This document shows, one piece after another, positions 1 through 14,510 of a stretch of 64,000 bases of DNA. Position 1 is the stretch's first letter, and every line of letters begins with the position of its first letter. The stretch spans positions 19,034,001 through 19,098,000 of the forward strand of contig OX597843.1 of the NCBI GenBank assembly GCA_951406725.2, written 5' to 3'. A program made the translations under genes and the position numbers. The notes beneath the pieces were generated by a model. It made no database searches, was not told the DNA's origin, and was given only the letters and a program-made list of their open reading frames with translations. The stretch comes from Octopus vulgaris. Taxonomy: Eukaryota.

Positions 1-3000
1 AAGGAACTTTCAACACAAACTTTGAAAAGCGAGCATATCCTATTACTACCCTTGTATTTGGGGCGTAGGATGGCGAAAGTTTCACTGGATGACATACCAA
101 GGGGCTACGAAGTGATGTGGGCGGCAACAGCGGTCATATTTGATGTGGAGGAAAAATTAATAATATTGAGCATGAGGAAGAAAAGGCAACGAACTGGAAA
201 GGCCAACAGTTTGAGATGATTATTCAAGCAGAAAATTCAACTCTGGAAAGCTTGCCAGATAGGGTTTCGTGGGAGAGGGGCATACCATACGTGTATCGGT
301 AGAGGGACGCAGGCCCAGATGTTTCAAGTGCGGGCAAAAGGGCCATGTTCGCTCCGTATGTACGAAAAAAAAAACGGTCAACGCCCCTCCTCAAAACGCT
401 GGAAAAAACACAGAGAACAAAGCAGACAACACAGCAACAACAAAAGGAAACGCGGAAAAGAAAAAACAGACTGAGTTTCAAAAAGAGGAGAACAAGAAGA
501 GGAGAAACAAAACGAAAAAGAAAAGGAAGAGGAAAATAATCTAACAAAAAAAATGAGCAAGAAGAAATGGAATACACGACTGTGAGAAACAAAAGAAAAA
601 AATCTAACACCCCTAACTCCCCACCCCAAACAAAAAACAAAATCAATGATGCAGACGAACAACATAAAAAAATTTTCCAATCCCATCCCGCTGGTACTAC
701 TTTTGTAGGACAGCAATTCAATAAACCCCACCCCCCAACTTTAAAAGGGTTTAAATCAAATGATAAGTGTATAGCTTATAATACGAGAAATGAGAGAGTT
801 GTGAGGTTCGTGAAAAGAAGAACTCAAATCAAATGCTTTAAAACGACAGAGAAGGACCCGGAATGGAGATAGGCAAGAGTCGGCGAGGAAGAATTCACGG
901 AGAGACTCTTCCAACAACATGGAAAGGACGGTTTCATTAAGGATGTCACCCAGGAGGTGATAGTTGGGAGAGTGCATATCGGCCCGGCAGCCACACCAAC
1001 CCAGAGCCCGGTGGCAACGCCGGTGAAATGCCCAGCAACAACGGAGAGTGTGGGGGAGGCAGGCAGACATAACCTGTCATGCTCCCTCCCGCAACCGTAA
1101 GTAAGTTATTTTTCTTTCTTCGATGATTAAGTTAGGCTGTATAAATGTGGGTGGAATGGGGTCGAAATGGAAACAGGATTTGTTTGCTGGACGACCTCAT
1201 TTCACATAGAATCGATGTGGCTATTGTTACCGAGTCCAAGATGAAAAGACCCCAAGCGTTCTCGCCACATCTCAATGGTTACGAGAAATTTATTTCTCCT
1301 AGCCGAGGGGGAGGTGCAGGCGTGGCAATCCTTATCAGGAAGAACTTGCACTTACAAGTAAGTCCTGTCTTTCTAGACCCAGAAGGTAGGCTGGTTGTCC
1401 TAGATGTGACTCGCATGAGTAAGCAGTCCTTCAGGTTGGTTAGCTGTCTATGTTCCTTATGGGTATTGGCAGACCGGTTTTTATCGGGACCTGGAGCACT
1501 TTCTCGTGACGTCTAAAACGGTAGTCTTGGTAGGGGATTTCAACACTATTCTCGATGCGCGGGTTGATAGTGTAGGCTCGAACGTTAGGAGAGGGAATCC
1601 TTGCCTCAAGGCTCTACTAGCGAGCTTTAATCTAGTAGACTGTTTTCGACTGGATGAGCCGAACGTTCCACAGTGGACGTGGAGTAACAACGACGGCTCA
1701 CGCAGATCGTATATAGATAGAGTATTTGTTAAGGAACGAGATAGGAATAGCGTTAGCTGTCCACAATTTTCTGTTGTGCCTTACACGGATCACAAACTCG
1801 TGACGTGTGAGGTACATGTAGATAAATGCCATAGACAAGGTCCCGGGTACTGGAAGATGAACAAGTCTATTTTGACTTGTGAAGCTTTCCGTACCCGGAT
1901 TAAGGAATTAGTACAGAAGGCATTATGTGGCACCATCATTAATAATAGATGGTGGCTCGCCCTCAAAAGAGCCATCCGTTTGGAGTCCATTAGATTTAGC
2001 AAGCAGCTTAGTTTAGATAGGACTAGAATAGAGGGCGAATTAGTTAAGAACTTAGACGAGGCAATGGAATCTGGCTGTGCATCTGGAGTGTTGGCAGCGA
2101 GAACGGTCTTGTACCGTCACCTCAACGCCAAGCATGAGGGGTGTAGAGTCAGAGCTAAGTTACGTGCAGGGAAACGAGAAGGTATTAACGTTGCCGGATG
2201 GGCCCGTCGTGAGGAGAGTCAGAAGGGCAAAAAGTCCTGTATCAAGTCTTTAACTGTCGAGCAGGGTCGCAAGATCTATGGACAGGAGGAGATGCAGAAG
2301 GTCCTTCACCATCATTTCGCCCGGTTGTTTGGGGACGGTGGTCCGCTCGATCGAGGGGAGGCCTTAAAGGACTTCCTAGCCGGTGGGCCTCGGCTCTCGA
2401 CACGTTAGGCGGAATGCTGTGAAGGATCGATCTCTCCCGCGGAGGTAAGAGAGGTTATGGCCGGTTGCGCCGGGGTAAAGTCGCCGGGGTTAGATAGTCT
2501 GCCCTAGGAATTTTATTGTTGTATGCTGGACTTGTTCGGGGATATACTGGCAAGCGTCTATGCAAACTGGCAACAGAATGGGAGGATTCCCAGTTCTGTG
2601 AGCCGGGGAGTCGTGACACTGGTACAGAAAGCCCCGGGCAAGGGGGATAGTATTAGTAATTATAGGCCCATAACTCTACTTAATATAGAGTTTAAGATTT
2701 TGGCCAAGGTGTTAGCAAAAATGTTGACGGCTGTCGTGGAGAAACTTGTCGGGAAGGCACAGACATGTGCAATCCCAGGCAGGTCAAACCAGGATAATCT
2801 TCACTTTCTCCGCTACACTATAGTCAGGGTCGGGAAATTAGCCGGCAAAGGAGGGGCATTGGTCCATTTAGACCAACGTAAAGCGTTCGATAGGGGAGAC
2901 CATCAGTACTTGGCGGCAGTCCTCAGGGCGGCTGGGCTGGGCCCTGGCTTTTGCGGGTGGATCTCAGCTATGTACAGCGGCATCAAGTCCACAGTCCAGA

Positions 3001-4640
3001 TAAACGTTTTCGTTCAAGCGTTCAGTTCGTCAAGGGTGTCCCTTGTCCCCGCTCGTGTATGTTTTGGCTCTTGAGCCATTGCTGCAGAAGTTGGAGAAGT
3101 CGGGAGGCAACCTTAATGAAATCGGATGCGGAAAGTCTGTTTCTGCCTATGCGGATGACGTCACCCTCATCGTGTCCAACGAAGCACAGCTACCTCGGGT
3201 AGAAGGTGCTCTCCGAAGATACGAAGCGGTGGCAAGGGCAAAAGTTAACAAGGACAAGTCCACCGGTTTGCGCCTCGGCACCTGGAGGAACAAGCCGATA
3301 TTGTCCAGTGTTTTTGGACACTGGACAGATGGTCCTGTTAAATTGCTCGGAGTTTGGTTTGGTCCAGACTCCCAGACGAAGAAGAATTGGAGCGAGGTAG
3401 CGAGCAAGGTAAAAGCGATAGTACGGAAGTGGTCCGGAAGGCATCTTTCCTTGGAAGGGAGGGCGGAGGTTGTACAGATTTTTATAGCCTCTATCATCAT
3501 CTACCGCCTGACCGTCGTGCCTTGCTCCGATTCGTGGTTAAGCCAGTTGGAACGACTCCTTTTCCGCTTTTTGTGGAGGGGAGGAAAGCCACTTGTGAGA
3601 CGCTACGTGTGTTGCCAGGAACCGCTAAAGGGTGGGCTGTGGATGCCTTGGCTAATGATGCGCAGGCATGCGTTGAGGCTGAGACATCTCTGGTGTCACC
3701 TGGAGGGTGATAAGGGGTGAAGTCCGCTGGCAGAGGAAGTCTTCCCGCGACCGGCCTCTACGGAGAGATTTAAACTCGGTTTCATTAAAAGACGTAACCT
3801 GACTTTATGGCAGAAGGAGTGCCGATAGGCACTCTGGTTGATCCACAAGGTGGGCAAGGCCGGCTGCGGGAATACCACCTCGGTGTTCTATAGAGGGCTG
3901 GTAGAGGCAAAAAATGACGAAGTCCTAGGAGGGGCTCTGGGGTTCGATGAGAATCAACTCTCCAACCTGTTTAAGAAGACTTTCAGGCCGGGATATTTGG
4001 ACAATTACCAAAAATCCCTGACCTGGCAATGCTACAGGAATGCCATATCTGTTCGCGAGAAGTTATCCAGGCACGGAATGTCAGTACCACCGACGTGTCC
4101 AAGATGTGGGTTGGACGATGAAACCGTCCAACATTGTACAATGTCGGGAGCTGTCAGGCTTGATAAGTTACGTTGAACACGTGTTGTCGCATCTGGGACG
4201 AGTACAGCTGTCGGCTGGATCTATGATAAAGATGATACCGCCAAGTGGACTCTCAAAGGAAGGTAAGGCTTGTTTTTACTGTACGGTGGCAGTACTGAAA
4301 GAGTGTGTATGGAGAACTAGAGTGGAAGGTCTAGTGAAAGGGTCCTTTGTCTCTGGCCCCGGTTTGTTAAAATACTTCAGATAACATCTGAAGAGCAAGA
4401 TGGGGTTGGAGAAGTGGAGCCTGCCACAGAAAGAGTATATGAAACGTTGGCAGGATGTGATGAGAAAGGTGGGTGTTAGTAACCCAGCTTAATCATCGAA
4501 GAAAGGAAAAATTAGTTGCTGGGCCTTATAGGCTGCTGGGTTCAAAATTCGAAACCAGCACTTCCCATTCCTTTTCATCTTACATATGTTATAATGTCTA
4601 ATGATTTTTTTTGTTTTAAAAAATAAATAAATAAAAAACA
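1..4640 (+). mobile_element. Degenerate L1/Tx1-clade LINE (ORF1 3' part, APE-RT ORF2, 3' UTR); 5' end outside window
   Basis: ORF1 CCHC knuckle RPRCFKCGQKGHVRSVC (269-544); APE motifs GDFN, SYIDRVF, TDH (1506-2408); RT motifs YRPITLLN and SAYADD (2523-3720); C-terminal CPRCG...H; stops and frameshifts; A-rich tail ~4617-4638. Confidence 0.92.
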
Positions 4641-4890
4641 CGCACTAAAGTTCTCGTTATAAAGGCAAAAGTAAGCCAATATTTCGTTTCAAGGCAAAAG
4701 TAAGCCAAGATTTCGTTTCAAGGCAAAAGTTTTCCTTCATGTTACGATATAATTAATTTGTTATAAATTTCAAGTATCATTTGAATTCTCATAACATTCT
4801 TTGTAATTGTTTGTCTTGTAATGTCCAATTCTATGTAAAATCGCATGATTGTAGTAGAGATTTCATCCGCAGCTAGCAGGTTCATGCTAC

Positions 4891-4937
4891 TCTAGACCGA
4901 TGATGGGCAAAGACCCTGAAACATGAGTGTCTCTAGA
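4891..4937 (+). ncRNA. Minimal type I hammerhead-like motif (variant core) in a probable Penelope pLTR fragment
   Basis: TCTAGA-CCGATGA-T-GGG(CAAAGA)CCC-T-GAAA-CATGAGT-GTC-TCTAGA: stem I, stem II and GUC site present; core has C in place of U4. Confidence 0.5.
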
Positions 4938-5107
4938 TGCAGGCCTAGCTGTTGGGGGTATTTGTCTCCCCTTCGTAAATATATAAGGTCACAGCAAGTG
5001 TGTCGAAGCCGAGAGGAAGCGTCGATGCATCCTAGGGCTAAACAGCAGTGGTGTAATGCCCTACTGTCACGTTAAGTTGACAAGATACAACCATTAATAT
5101 TTCTGAC

Positions 5108-5187
<80 letters not shown>

Positions 5188-5189
5188 CG

Positions 5190-5372
5190 GACGCCACGAT
5201 AGATCGCTTGCCACTACACACGTTTTTTCTCTCCTTGTTTTTTCTTTGTCCCTTTCTGTAGAAGAGCGTAGACTCGAAACATAAAATACTTTTCCTATTC
5301 CTGACCGTTATACTAATACATCTGTTTGTTTGTACACCACATACCTCCGTCTTTGTTTATTTTCGTAAACTT
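5190..5372 (+). mobile_element. Penelope-type 3'/pLTR fragment, homologous to 55190-55365
   Basis: Shares CTACAC..TTTTTTCTCTCCTTG..CTTTCTGT.GAAGAGCGTAG.CTCGAAAC.TAAAA..ATACTAATACAT..TTTATTTTCGTAAA with the element end at 55.2 kb. Confidence 0.7.
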
Positions 5373-5374
5373 TC

Positions 5375-5758
5375 AGTGGCTGTGTGGTAAGAAGCTTGCT
5401 AACCAACCACATGGTTCCGGCTTCAGTCCCAATGCGTGGCATCTTGGGCAAGTGTCTTCTGCTATAGCCCCGGGCGGACCAATGCCTTGTGAGTGGATTT
5501 GATAGACGGAAACTGAAAGAAGCCTGTCGTATATATATGTGTGTGTGTTTGTGTGTCTGTGTTTGTCCCCCTAGCATTGCTTGACATCCGATGCTGGTGT
5601 GTTTACGTCCCCGTCACATAGCGGTTCGGCAAAAGAGACCGATAGAATAAGTCCTGGGTTTCCAAAGAATAAGTCCCGGGGTCGATTTGCTCGACTAAAA
5701 AGGCGGTGCTCCAGCATGGCCGCAGTCAAATGACTGAAACAAATAGAAGAGTAAAAGA

Positions 5759-5760
<2 letters not shown>
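5375..5760 (+). mobile_element. tRNA-derived SINE (main family in window)
   Basis: A-box/B-box-like head, CTTGGGCAAGT core, tail GGCGGTGCTCCAGCATGGCCGCAGTCAAATGACTGAAACA; near-identical copies at 18.7, 29.5, 29.9, 31.5, 49.6 kb. Confidence 0.9.
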
Positions 5761-5797
<37 letters not shown>

Positions 5798-5913
5798 CAC
5801 ACATATATATATTGTCAATGATAATAAGGGTAAAATTAATTAATCAATTAATTAGTAATTAATAATTTTACCAAGCCGTGTTCAGTATGTAAAATGACCA
5901 TTTACAGTAAATT

Positions 5914-6121
5914 TAAACATTACTTGATATAATTAGGTTTCAACCCAAAATTTTCTTTACCACATACCGAACTTTTAGAAATAGCAGCCAAAGAATTTAG
6001 CTATTTCTTCTACTATAAGAAGAGTCTCCCAGACAATGTATACTCAAAAACAATTTCTAAAAGTTCGGTCTGTGGTAAAGAAAATTTTTTTGCTGAACCC
6101 TAATTATATAAAGTAATGTTT
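5914..6121. repeat. Inverted repeat, ~70-bp arms
   Basis: AAAATTTTCTTTACCACATACCGAACTTTTAGAAAT (5947-5982) vs ATTTCTAAAAGTTCGGTCTGTGGTAAAGAAAATTTT (6053-6088), extending outward to AAACATTACTT/AAGTAATGTTT. Confidence 0.85.
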
Positions 6122-6129
6122 ACATACAT

Positions 6130-6275
<146 letters not shown>

Positions 6276-6299
6276 GTGTATACATACACACACACCTCA

Positions 6300-9200
6300 A
6301 AAATTGATACGCTCTTTGCAAACATTGCTTTAACAATAAATACAATCCAAACACAAAATATTCTCTCTAAAAATAATCAAGCAAACACAACTGACAACAC
6401 AAACCTTTTCTGGCGGGACCACCCCAATGACAAAGGACAACAAATGACGAAGAAACAAAAACTGACACAAACCAAGAAAAACCTTCAAAACCCCAAGGCT
6501 GGAACAAACTTCTAAACCAACGCAAATATGCTTATTGGAAAAACATACGCTGTAAGAACATAGCCAACATATATCAAAACTGGCGGGACTTGAAGAACCC
6601 AATACTCCCTAGAAAATTTCTTATCAAAGAAATAAGGGGTGAAACACTAGAAGAAACAACAATACGTGCAAACCTAGCCCTCTGCCGACTAGAAACGGAA
6701 ATTTCCCTTCTACAAATACGAAGCACACACCAGGAAGATAAGATTAAAACAATCGATACCGTCATAATGGCCGAGATAACAGAAAAGAACAATAAGCAAA
6801 ACAAAGAAAAACTACAACAATTATGGAAAGTGGATACCGAACGAGAGGAGGAAAGATCCAGATTTATGTGGACCAAACAACATGAGTGGTTTTTAAACTA
6901 CGAAAAGAACTATGGGGAAGAATCAATTATGAAGACAAAAAAAACTACCAAAACAAATGAATAGATACAACAAACCAACACCACAAACATATTGGACTCC
7001 CAGACATCCAAATAAGCCCAACCAAACACAAACCAAAATCCCGCTCCTTACACTGCCGAACTCCCCAATTAACAGATACACAAAATATGAAAGACAACCA
7101 TCAACCCAAAACCCCACAAAAACAAACACACCAACAGCAAGACGAGCACAATACATACAACCAACAACCTATAACACTTGGAGAGAACAAATAGAATATG
7201 AACAACCACCAACACATAACACTGGACATCCTAAAGGGACACACACATGGAACAATATACAAATGGATAAAAATCAACACATAACCTACAACAAACATCG
7301 AGAATACATGAACCATCCACCTACCCACAAAGAAACCTGAACCCCAGTAATAAATATTGGCTCAACAAACACAGAAGATGGGAAGAAAACAACTACCAAA
7401 GACAAAACAACACATACAGACCACACAGACCACCCCAACTACAAGAAAACCTAAGAACTGAAAATGGAATTTGGAGACGTAACAACACAACCCATTTTCT
7501 AGGGAGAGGATACTTCAACCATACTCCAGACCCAATACACCGAAAATTCCGGATGAACTCCCAAAACACATAGACCCCAAAATAATAAACTTATCTAAAA
7601 GAGAACTTGACGAATATGAAATGAACCTACTACTAAAAGGCCTCAAATTTACACCTACACCCACTCCAAACCTCATAGAACTAAAAACTGATATAGACAA
7701 CTTCAGCCGCTACCTCCGCCTTATGGAATTCTTTGAAAATAAAGAAACAGAAGATAACTCAATCATACGAAAAAATCCCACTTCACCCCTTACAAGGGAA
7801 GTGACAAACACCTTGACACATACATAGAAATAATATCCAAATTCCCTCTCCACACACACAAATGCAAACAGAATCTCCGCAGAGAAGAAAAACAAGCCCT
7901 ACAAAAACTGAAAAATGACAAATCAATCGTTATAAAAGAAGCTGACAAAGGTGGAGCAATAGTAATTATGGACACAGATTACTTCCGGAGAAAACAACAA
8001 TAAAAAAAATTAGAACTTTAGTCAATGAATATCAGGACTCCTTTACAGATAAGGAGAAAGACTATCTATGCAACTCACAAACCAAAGAAAGCAACTTTTA
8101 TGGATTACCTAAAATTCATAAAAGCTCGGAAATACAGAGAGCCATAAAGGAACAGAGGAACCACTATATAAGAGTACAAAGGCCTGCAGACCTCACAATG
8201 AGACCAATAGTGGCAGGACTCCAAGCACCAACACAACAACTAAGCCACTTCATAGATATACTCCTCAAACCTTTATGTCCACAGATTCCAAGCTACATAA
8301 GGGATGACATAGACTTCCTCACACACATTCCAAATACAGTCCCGAAAAACACCATACTTGCAAGCTTTGATGTCACAAATCTATACACAAACATACCACA
8401 CACCCTAGGTCTAGAAGCTATAAAACAATCAATAGAAAAATACAGAGAACTTATAGACGAACGCTTCAAGACAAACTTTATCACCCAAGCCACCCAACTA
8501 ATACTAGAAGAAAACACATTCTCATTCAACAACAAGACATACCGACAGATAAAAGGCACAGCAATGGGCACAAAATTCGCACCTTCATATGCCAACCTGG
8601 TGATGGGCTTCCTGGAGAAAAAACTATATGACGAAATAGGGAAAGTCTTTGAACACGACTTCAGAGAAGACATCAAGAAAAAGTGGAAATGCTACCTCGA
8701 TGACTGCTTCATCTTTTGGAACAGATCAGAAGAGGACCTACAAACATTCCACAACATCCACAATATGCTGCACCCATCTATCAATTTCACAATAGATACC
8801 AGCCACAACGAACTTCCCTTCCTAGACATCAACATCAAAATACACAACTCCATCGTCACAACAGACATCCACTACAAAAAACTGACACACATCAATACCT
8901 AAATTTCTACTCCTGCCACCCATCCCACACAAAAAGAAACATCCCATATAGTATGGCACGACGAATATGTAGTATAGTAACTGATTCACAAATACGAGTA
9001 ATAAGACTAGATGAACTCAAAAACTTCCTCCTAGAGCAAAAATACCCCCTTAAACTAATAGAAAATGGAATCACAAGAGCATTAAAACTAGACATCGCAC
9101 AACTCAGGACACCCAAAACAAAAAACAAAGAAAACATTATCCCTTTTATAAACACACACAACCCTGGAGTTACCAACATCTCCCAAACCATACATTCAAA

Positions 9201-9742
9201 CCTACCAATAGCCTTACAAAGCCCCAAAATGAAAAACATATTAAACAAATATAAAAAACAGTAGACGACAGGACAAAAACCTAAAAAAACACCTAACAAG
9301 AGCGAAATTCTCTTCAGAAACTAAAACGGAATTCTTTGCAAAAGAGTGCGGAGATGGTAGATGTGGGATCTGCAGCAACCCCACCTACAAATACATAGAG
9401 GGTAACAGAGAGATAAGATTTAAAAATGGTGACATATTCAAAGTAAATGCAGATATGAACTGCAAGACGCAGAACGTCATATACTGCATAACCTGCCCCA
9501 CGTGCAAGGAGAATTACGTAGGTGAAACTGGTAATTCTTTGTGCCAGCGAGCCAGGATCCACCGACAACATATTCGGCAGGAAGAACTACGCAAAATACC
9601 ACTAAGCACACACCTAGCTACATGTGGAGAAGGAAAATTTAAGATCTTTCCCTTCTACAAGTGTCCGAAGAACGACACCTCCTTCAGGAGGAATATGGAA
9701 AAACATTTCATAGCTAAGTTCTCCCCCAAATTAAATGGCTGA
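6300..9742 (+). mobile_element. Penelope-like element, RT + GIY-YIG endonuclease, frameshifted
   Basis: LLLKGLKFTPTP; IVIKEADKGGAIVIMD; SFDVTNLYTNIP; GTAMGTKFAPSYANL; CYLDD; LPFLD; SCHPSHTKRNIPYS; GIY-YIG NVIYCITCPTCKENYVGETG..RARIH (9455-9742). Confidence 0.92.
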
Positions 9743-9757
9743 AACTTTACTCAACAT

Positions 9758-9813
9758 ACATTGAAGGACAAATTTTTCGATTTACAATATGATATAGTAG
9801 AACATTTAATATA

Positions 9814-9873
<60 letters not shown>

Positions 9874-10146
9874 GGTGTGTGTGTATGTATATGTTACCTA
9901 TTATATACATTATATTGTTTTTGTAATTTACTTGATTTTACTTGCCAATTGTCATTCTAATTTTAACCTTCCTATGATATGCAATTTTCAAGATAGTGTA
10001 ATTTGATTGTTCATTTTGATTCGATAGAAGATGGATTTTTCTCTAATATTTCATGTGTAAGCATGTATATATATGTATATATATAGTGACATTGAAGGAC
10101 GCATCTTTCGATTTACAATCTAATATAGTAGAACATTTAGTATATG

Positions 10147-10187
<41 letters not shown>

Positions 10188-10405
10188 GTGTATGTATATA
10201 TGTGTATTGCCTGTTATATACATTATATTATTATCTTTATAATTTACTTCCATCTTTACCTTTTAATTGTCACTTTAATTTTAACTTTCCTATGATATAC
10301 AATTTTCAAGATGGTGTAATTTGGTTGTTCATTTTGAACCGATAAAAGGGTTTTTCTTCAAATATTTTATGTATAAGTCTGTGTGTGTATATATATGTAT
10401 TGGTA
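9758..10405 (+). repeat. Tandem duplication of a ~325-bp unit downstream of the Penelope ORF
   Basis: ACATTGAAGGAC..TTCGATTTACAAT..ATATAGTAGAACATTTA..CCTATGATAT.CAATTTTCAAGAT.GTGTAATTTG at ~9758 and ~10088. Confidence 0.8.
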
Positions 10406-11117
10406 TAAATATCAACACACAAAAATATTTTTTTCTTCTTCTCCACTTCCTCCCTTATTTTTATTTATTTTTTAATTTTTTATTTTTCAATTTTTATATT
10501 TATTTTTATTTTTATTTTCCCTTTTCTCTTTTTGTCTCTCTCCCCTTCTCCAAACACACAGAGACACACACACACACGCACACAAACACACACGGACACA
10601 CAGAGACACACACACACACCTCCACAAAACGATCATAGAAAGTATGACCCCAAATGACATTTGTCCGGCCAGCCTACCCAAGAACACACACTCAGTGACA
10701 CCAGAATGGACAGAGAGCTAAAATTCTTAGAAAACACTAGGGGGTCAACAGGCTAAAGGAAATACTTCTTCTCCCCTCTCCCCTCCCCTCTTTTTCTCTT
10801 TACATCAGATTCAAACACCACACACACACACACACACACATACACATACACACATGTTTTCTCTCTCTCTCATTTCCTCCTCACCCACCTCACCCTCTTA
10901 TACTGTCTTATTCCTCCCCACTACTACGAAACTCTATAAAATGACCAAATTCCCCACATAGGAAATGATTTGATTTGAAAACCCCACTTGAATGGGAGAA
11001 AGCGCTAATAATCCGAATGATATGATCTGAAGGATATGATATATATATATGTAAAAAAATGTAATATATAAATAAATATCTATAAATATGAAACATCCGA
11101 TCTGATTACCTCATTTC

Positions 11118-11151
<34 letters not shown>

Positions 11152-11406
11152 TGTTATAATTAACTATCTATTTTATAGCACAAATAAGTACATTCTAAAG
11201 TCATTAACATGCAGAAAATAAATATGTCCAGCATATTCCTTTAATTTAACTCATTAATACCAATAAATTATTATTTACTCTCTAATTATAAATGTATATT
11301 AATTTGATTTATATCTATATAAAAATGAAATTATTCCTATACTCTCCATCCCTATATAAGATACTAAAATTATTAGAATCCTTTTGAAAAAAACTCCCTA
11401 AAAGAT

Positions 11407-11682
11407 TGTAGCGTGAGTGATGAAAGGAGCACAACAGAACAAGGAAAGGAATTAGAAGAGTAATTAGGTCTTACCTGGCCGGGATGAAGTCGGATCGCCT
11501 TCAGCCAACTTGCTAGCGTCTTGTCGTCTTCGTGTCGTTCTCCAGTCTGTCGCAACTCGTCGATGCCGCACGTGCGTTCTGTCTGTCACTTCCGCTTCCG
11601 CCGGCGCATGCGCCCTGCAAGACCTGTAAGCATCACTTCCGCTCCCACCCGTTCCGTCACTCTCCTTCATCATCACACCACA
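11407..11682 (-). repeat. 3' LTR (276 bp) preceded by polypurine tract
   Basis: Minus strand AGGGGGGCG then TGTGGTGTGA...TCACGCTACA: TG..CA termini with 8/10 terminal inverted repeat. Confidence 0.8.
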
Positions 11683-14510
11683 CGCCCCCCTGATCTATAG
11701 ATCACTGAACCGGCTTCCTCACTCGCTCCCGCACCCGAAACTGGTTTCATAATCAGCCAACCAGGGAGGAGGGTGCCGCTCCCTCTGTGGTCGCAGCGCG
11801 ACCCTAGGACTTGTTTCTGGTGTGTTGCTGTCGACCTCGTCATCCTGTCGGTTGTTTTCGTCTTGCCCACTGTTGCTTGTCCCATCCTCTGGGGCATGGA
11901 CAATCCTCCGTATGTCCAAAACGGCGTGGCATACCATCGATCGAGATGTTATTCTTTGAATTTACGGAGGTTATTGTCCCCTTTCCCCATTGCGATGTAC
12001 ACCGTGCGTTTGGGGGTTTTACCCAGACTTCCTCCCCGACCTGCACGAAGGCGTGCTCTTCCTCTGCCCCGGGTCGTATTGATGTAGTACACGGATGCCT
12101 CCACTCGTACCTGAATATTGCCCTGTGTGGCACCGACTCCTCAGCCTGTCCTGATCTGGGCGACATGTTGTACCAAAACACGGCCTCGACTGGTGAAATG
12201 TGACCCCTCTCTGCCATGGCCTTGATGGTACGATGATGCCTTTCCACCACCCCGTTTCCACTTGGCCGGTATGCCGCCCTGAAGAAGCGGTTGACCTTCC
12301 ACTCATCAAGCATTTCTCTCAGCGCATCCGAGCGAAATGCAGTGCCGTTGTCCAGAAGCAGTTCATCCACGGGGCCTCGTTCCAGGAATATCTCATTCAA
12401 CACTTTCGCAATTTCTTCTGCGGTTCCCGACCTCATCTCCCTCCATATAGCGAACCGCCCCGGTCCGCAGTCAACCATTGAGAGGTATGTCCCCTGCCGG
12501 TAGTGTGTTATGTCCACCGCCAGTCGTCTCCAGTCCTGGTCCACTGGAATACTTCCCGCTTCATGCACGACCGGAGCAGGGTCGATAGACTGGCACCTGT
12601 CACAACTGCTAACCACTCTCCGCACGCTCTGTCTTGTTACGTCGGAGTCGACTTTTCTGGCTAGGAACAACGTCCTGTCCACACCAATGTGATGCATGGT
12701 GTGCAGTCTCCGCAACTCCGAGACGCTCAGATGGCATACTGCAGCTACATCCTGCTTCGCATCCTCTGGCACTTGCAACCAGGCTCGCTTAACCCTGGTC
12801 AGGACGTCTGCCCTGTTCTTCTCGGAAGGCACAAAGACCACGCTCAGCTTCAGATTGAACTCAGTGGTTAGTTCACGCAGTATTCCTAATCGACGCTTTA
12901 CCAGCATCTCTGCAGCCCCTTTGGTCCGCACCCTCCGCTCATCGGTGATGACTGCCGTCGCCCAACCAAGTACAGTGGCTGAATCAGTCCTGATTTCTAT
13001 GGTGTGTAACCCCCACTTCAAGGCTAGGTTCACCCCCTTCAGCACGGCTTCCAACTCCGCCACGTTGATGTGACTGCAGTCATCCATCTTCCTGAGCCAG
13101 GCTGCATCTTCCACCGTGACGCCTCCCACTTCCAAGACGACCCCTATTGCGATGCTACTGGCGTCACACCATACGATCCCGCTCTTTGATTTGGGAACAT
13201 ACCAGCTGCCCCTCACCGGGTCCTCTGCTCCTACTCTGACCAGGACTTCCTGCATCATGTCGATCGTCCTCTCCCCCACTTTATCATTCCACTTCACTCC
13301 TTCGGCTCGTCTCTTGATGAAGCTGCATGCTGTCCGGAGCCAGCCTGCAATCGGGTAGTGTCTCACCAGTTTCCCACACACAGAGAACAGTTCCCGTCTA
13401 CTCATGCTGGCGCCCAGTTCAGGGATCTCATTCCCTCGCCGGAACACCAAGGCGCCGGCTTTGTCTCTCCATAGCTTGAGGCCCAGTGCAGCACCTCCCT
13501 CCATAGCCTCTGGCGGCTTGGCGATCAGTCCAAAACTCTTCAGGTGGCCTATGACCTCCGTTGCTGGCATCACGGTTTCATCCACCAGAATGTCGTCGAT
13601 GTATGAATTAGTGGCCCTTTTTACTCTGTCCACCTTCCCTAGGATGGCCTTGAGAATTGTTGCCATAATCTTTGGCGCTGAATTCAGCCCGAATCCCAAC
13701 CTGGTCAGACAGTACGTCCGGCCCCTATATCTGACGAGCTGGTACCTCCATAGTTTCTCAACCACATGCACCTGAAGGTATGCCGACTTTAAATCGACAA
13801 TCGTGGAGGCCCCCGCCGTCTGCCTCCACTCTCGCAAGGTGTCTCCGCAGACATCCGTGGCCTCGCCGCCTGTATGACACGACACGTGGTCATTCAGCTC
13901 TCGGAAGTCGAGCACTGGCCTGACCTTACGCTTTGTGGGCTGTATCACCGCCATCAGTGGCAGGACTCCGCTCTCTTCTTTCTCCCAGGGGATCAGTATG
14001 CCCTCCTTAATCCACCGCTCCACCTCCCCCTCTAACTCACTTCTGGCATCTCCTTTTAGAGTATGCTGATAGCAGCCCACTTTGTTCTTTAACATCGGGG
14101 GCTCTCCCTTCCAGTGCCACTCCACTGTCCACCTCTCGCCATCAAAGACAGCCCGAAAATCCTGGTCTTCAATGGTGTGCGCTGCATCCTTTTCCTCACG
14201 GTTGTCGTCGGTGCGTGGTCTCGCCCTACACGGCTTCCCTGCTAGCCCAAACGTTACGCCAGCCTCGTTGACGGTGACACCTCCCAAACGGGTGATCGAA
14301 TCCATCCCCATCACCACGTCGATCTCGTCCACCAAGTGACCGACCACAATCGCTCGCAACGCCAGCTGCAGTCCCTGCACCACAATCTGCGCATCCGTAA
14401 CCCCTTCGCAGTGCACTTCTCTTCCGTCGACTGCCCTAACACTGCTTCCTCCACTCCACGTCTCTGCCACTTCTGTGGTCATCAGGGTCGTCGTACAGTG
14501 GCTGGTCCAA
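11407..14510 (-). mobile_element. 5'-truncated LTR retrotransposon (PR-RT-RNaseH-IN order, Ty3/Gypsy-like) with 3' LTR
   Basis: 918-aa ORF 14596-11840: RT (KVRPVLDFRELN, DLKSAYLQV, RLGFGL, YIDD), RNase H (WCDAS, HINVAELEA, TDS), HHCC, integrase (LAVDITH, LDNG, GVVER); one frameshift near 11925; GC-rich versus flanks. Confidence 0.9.
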
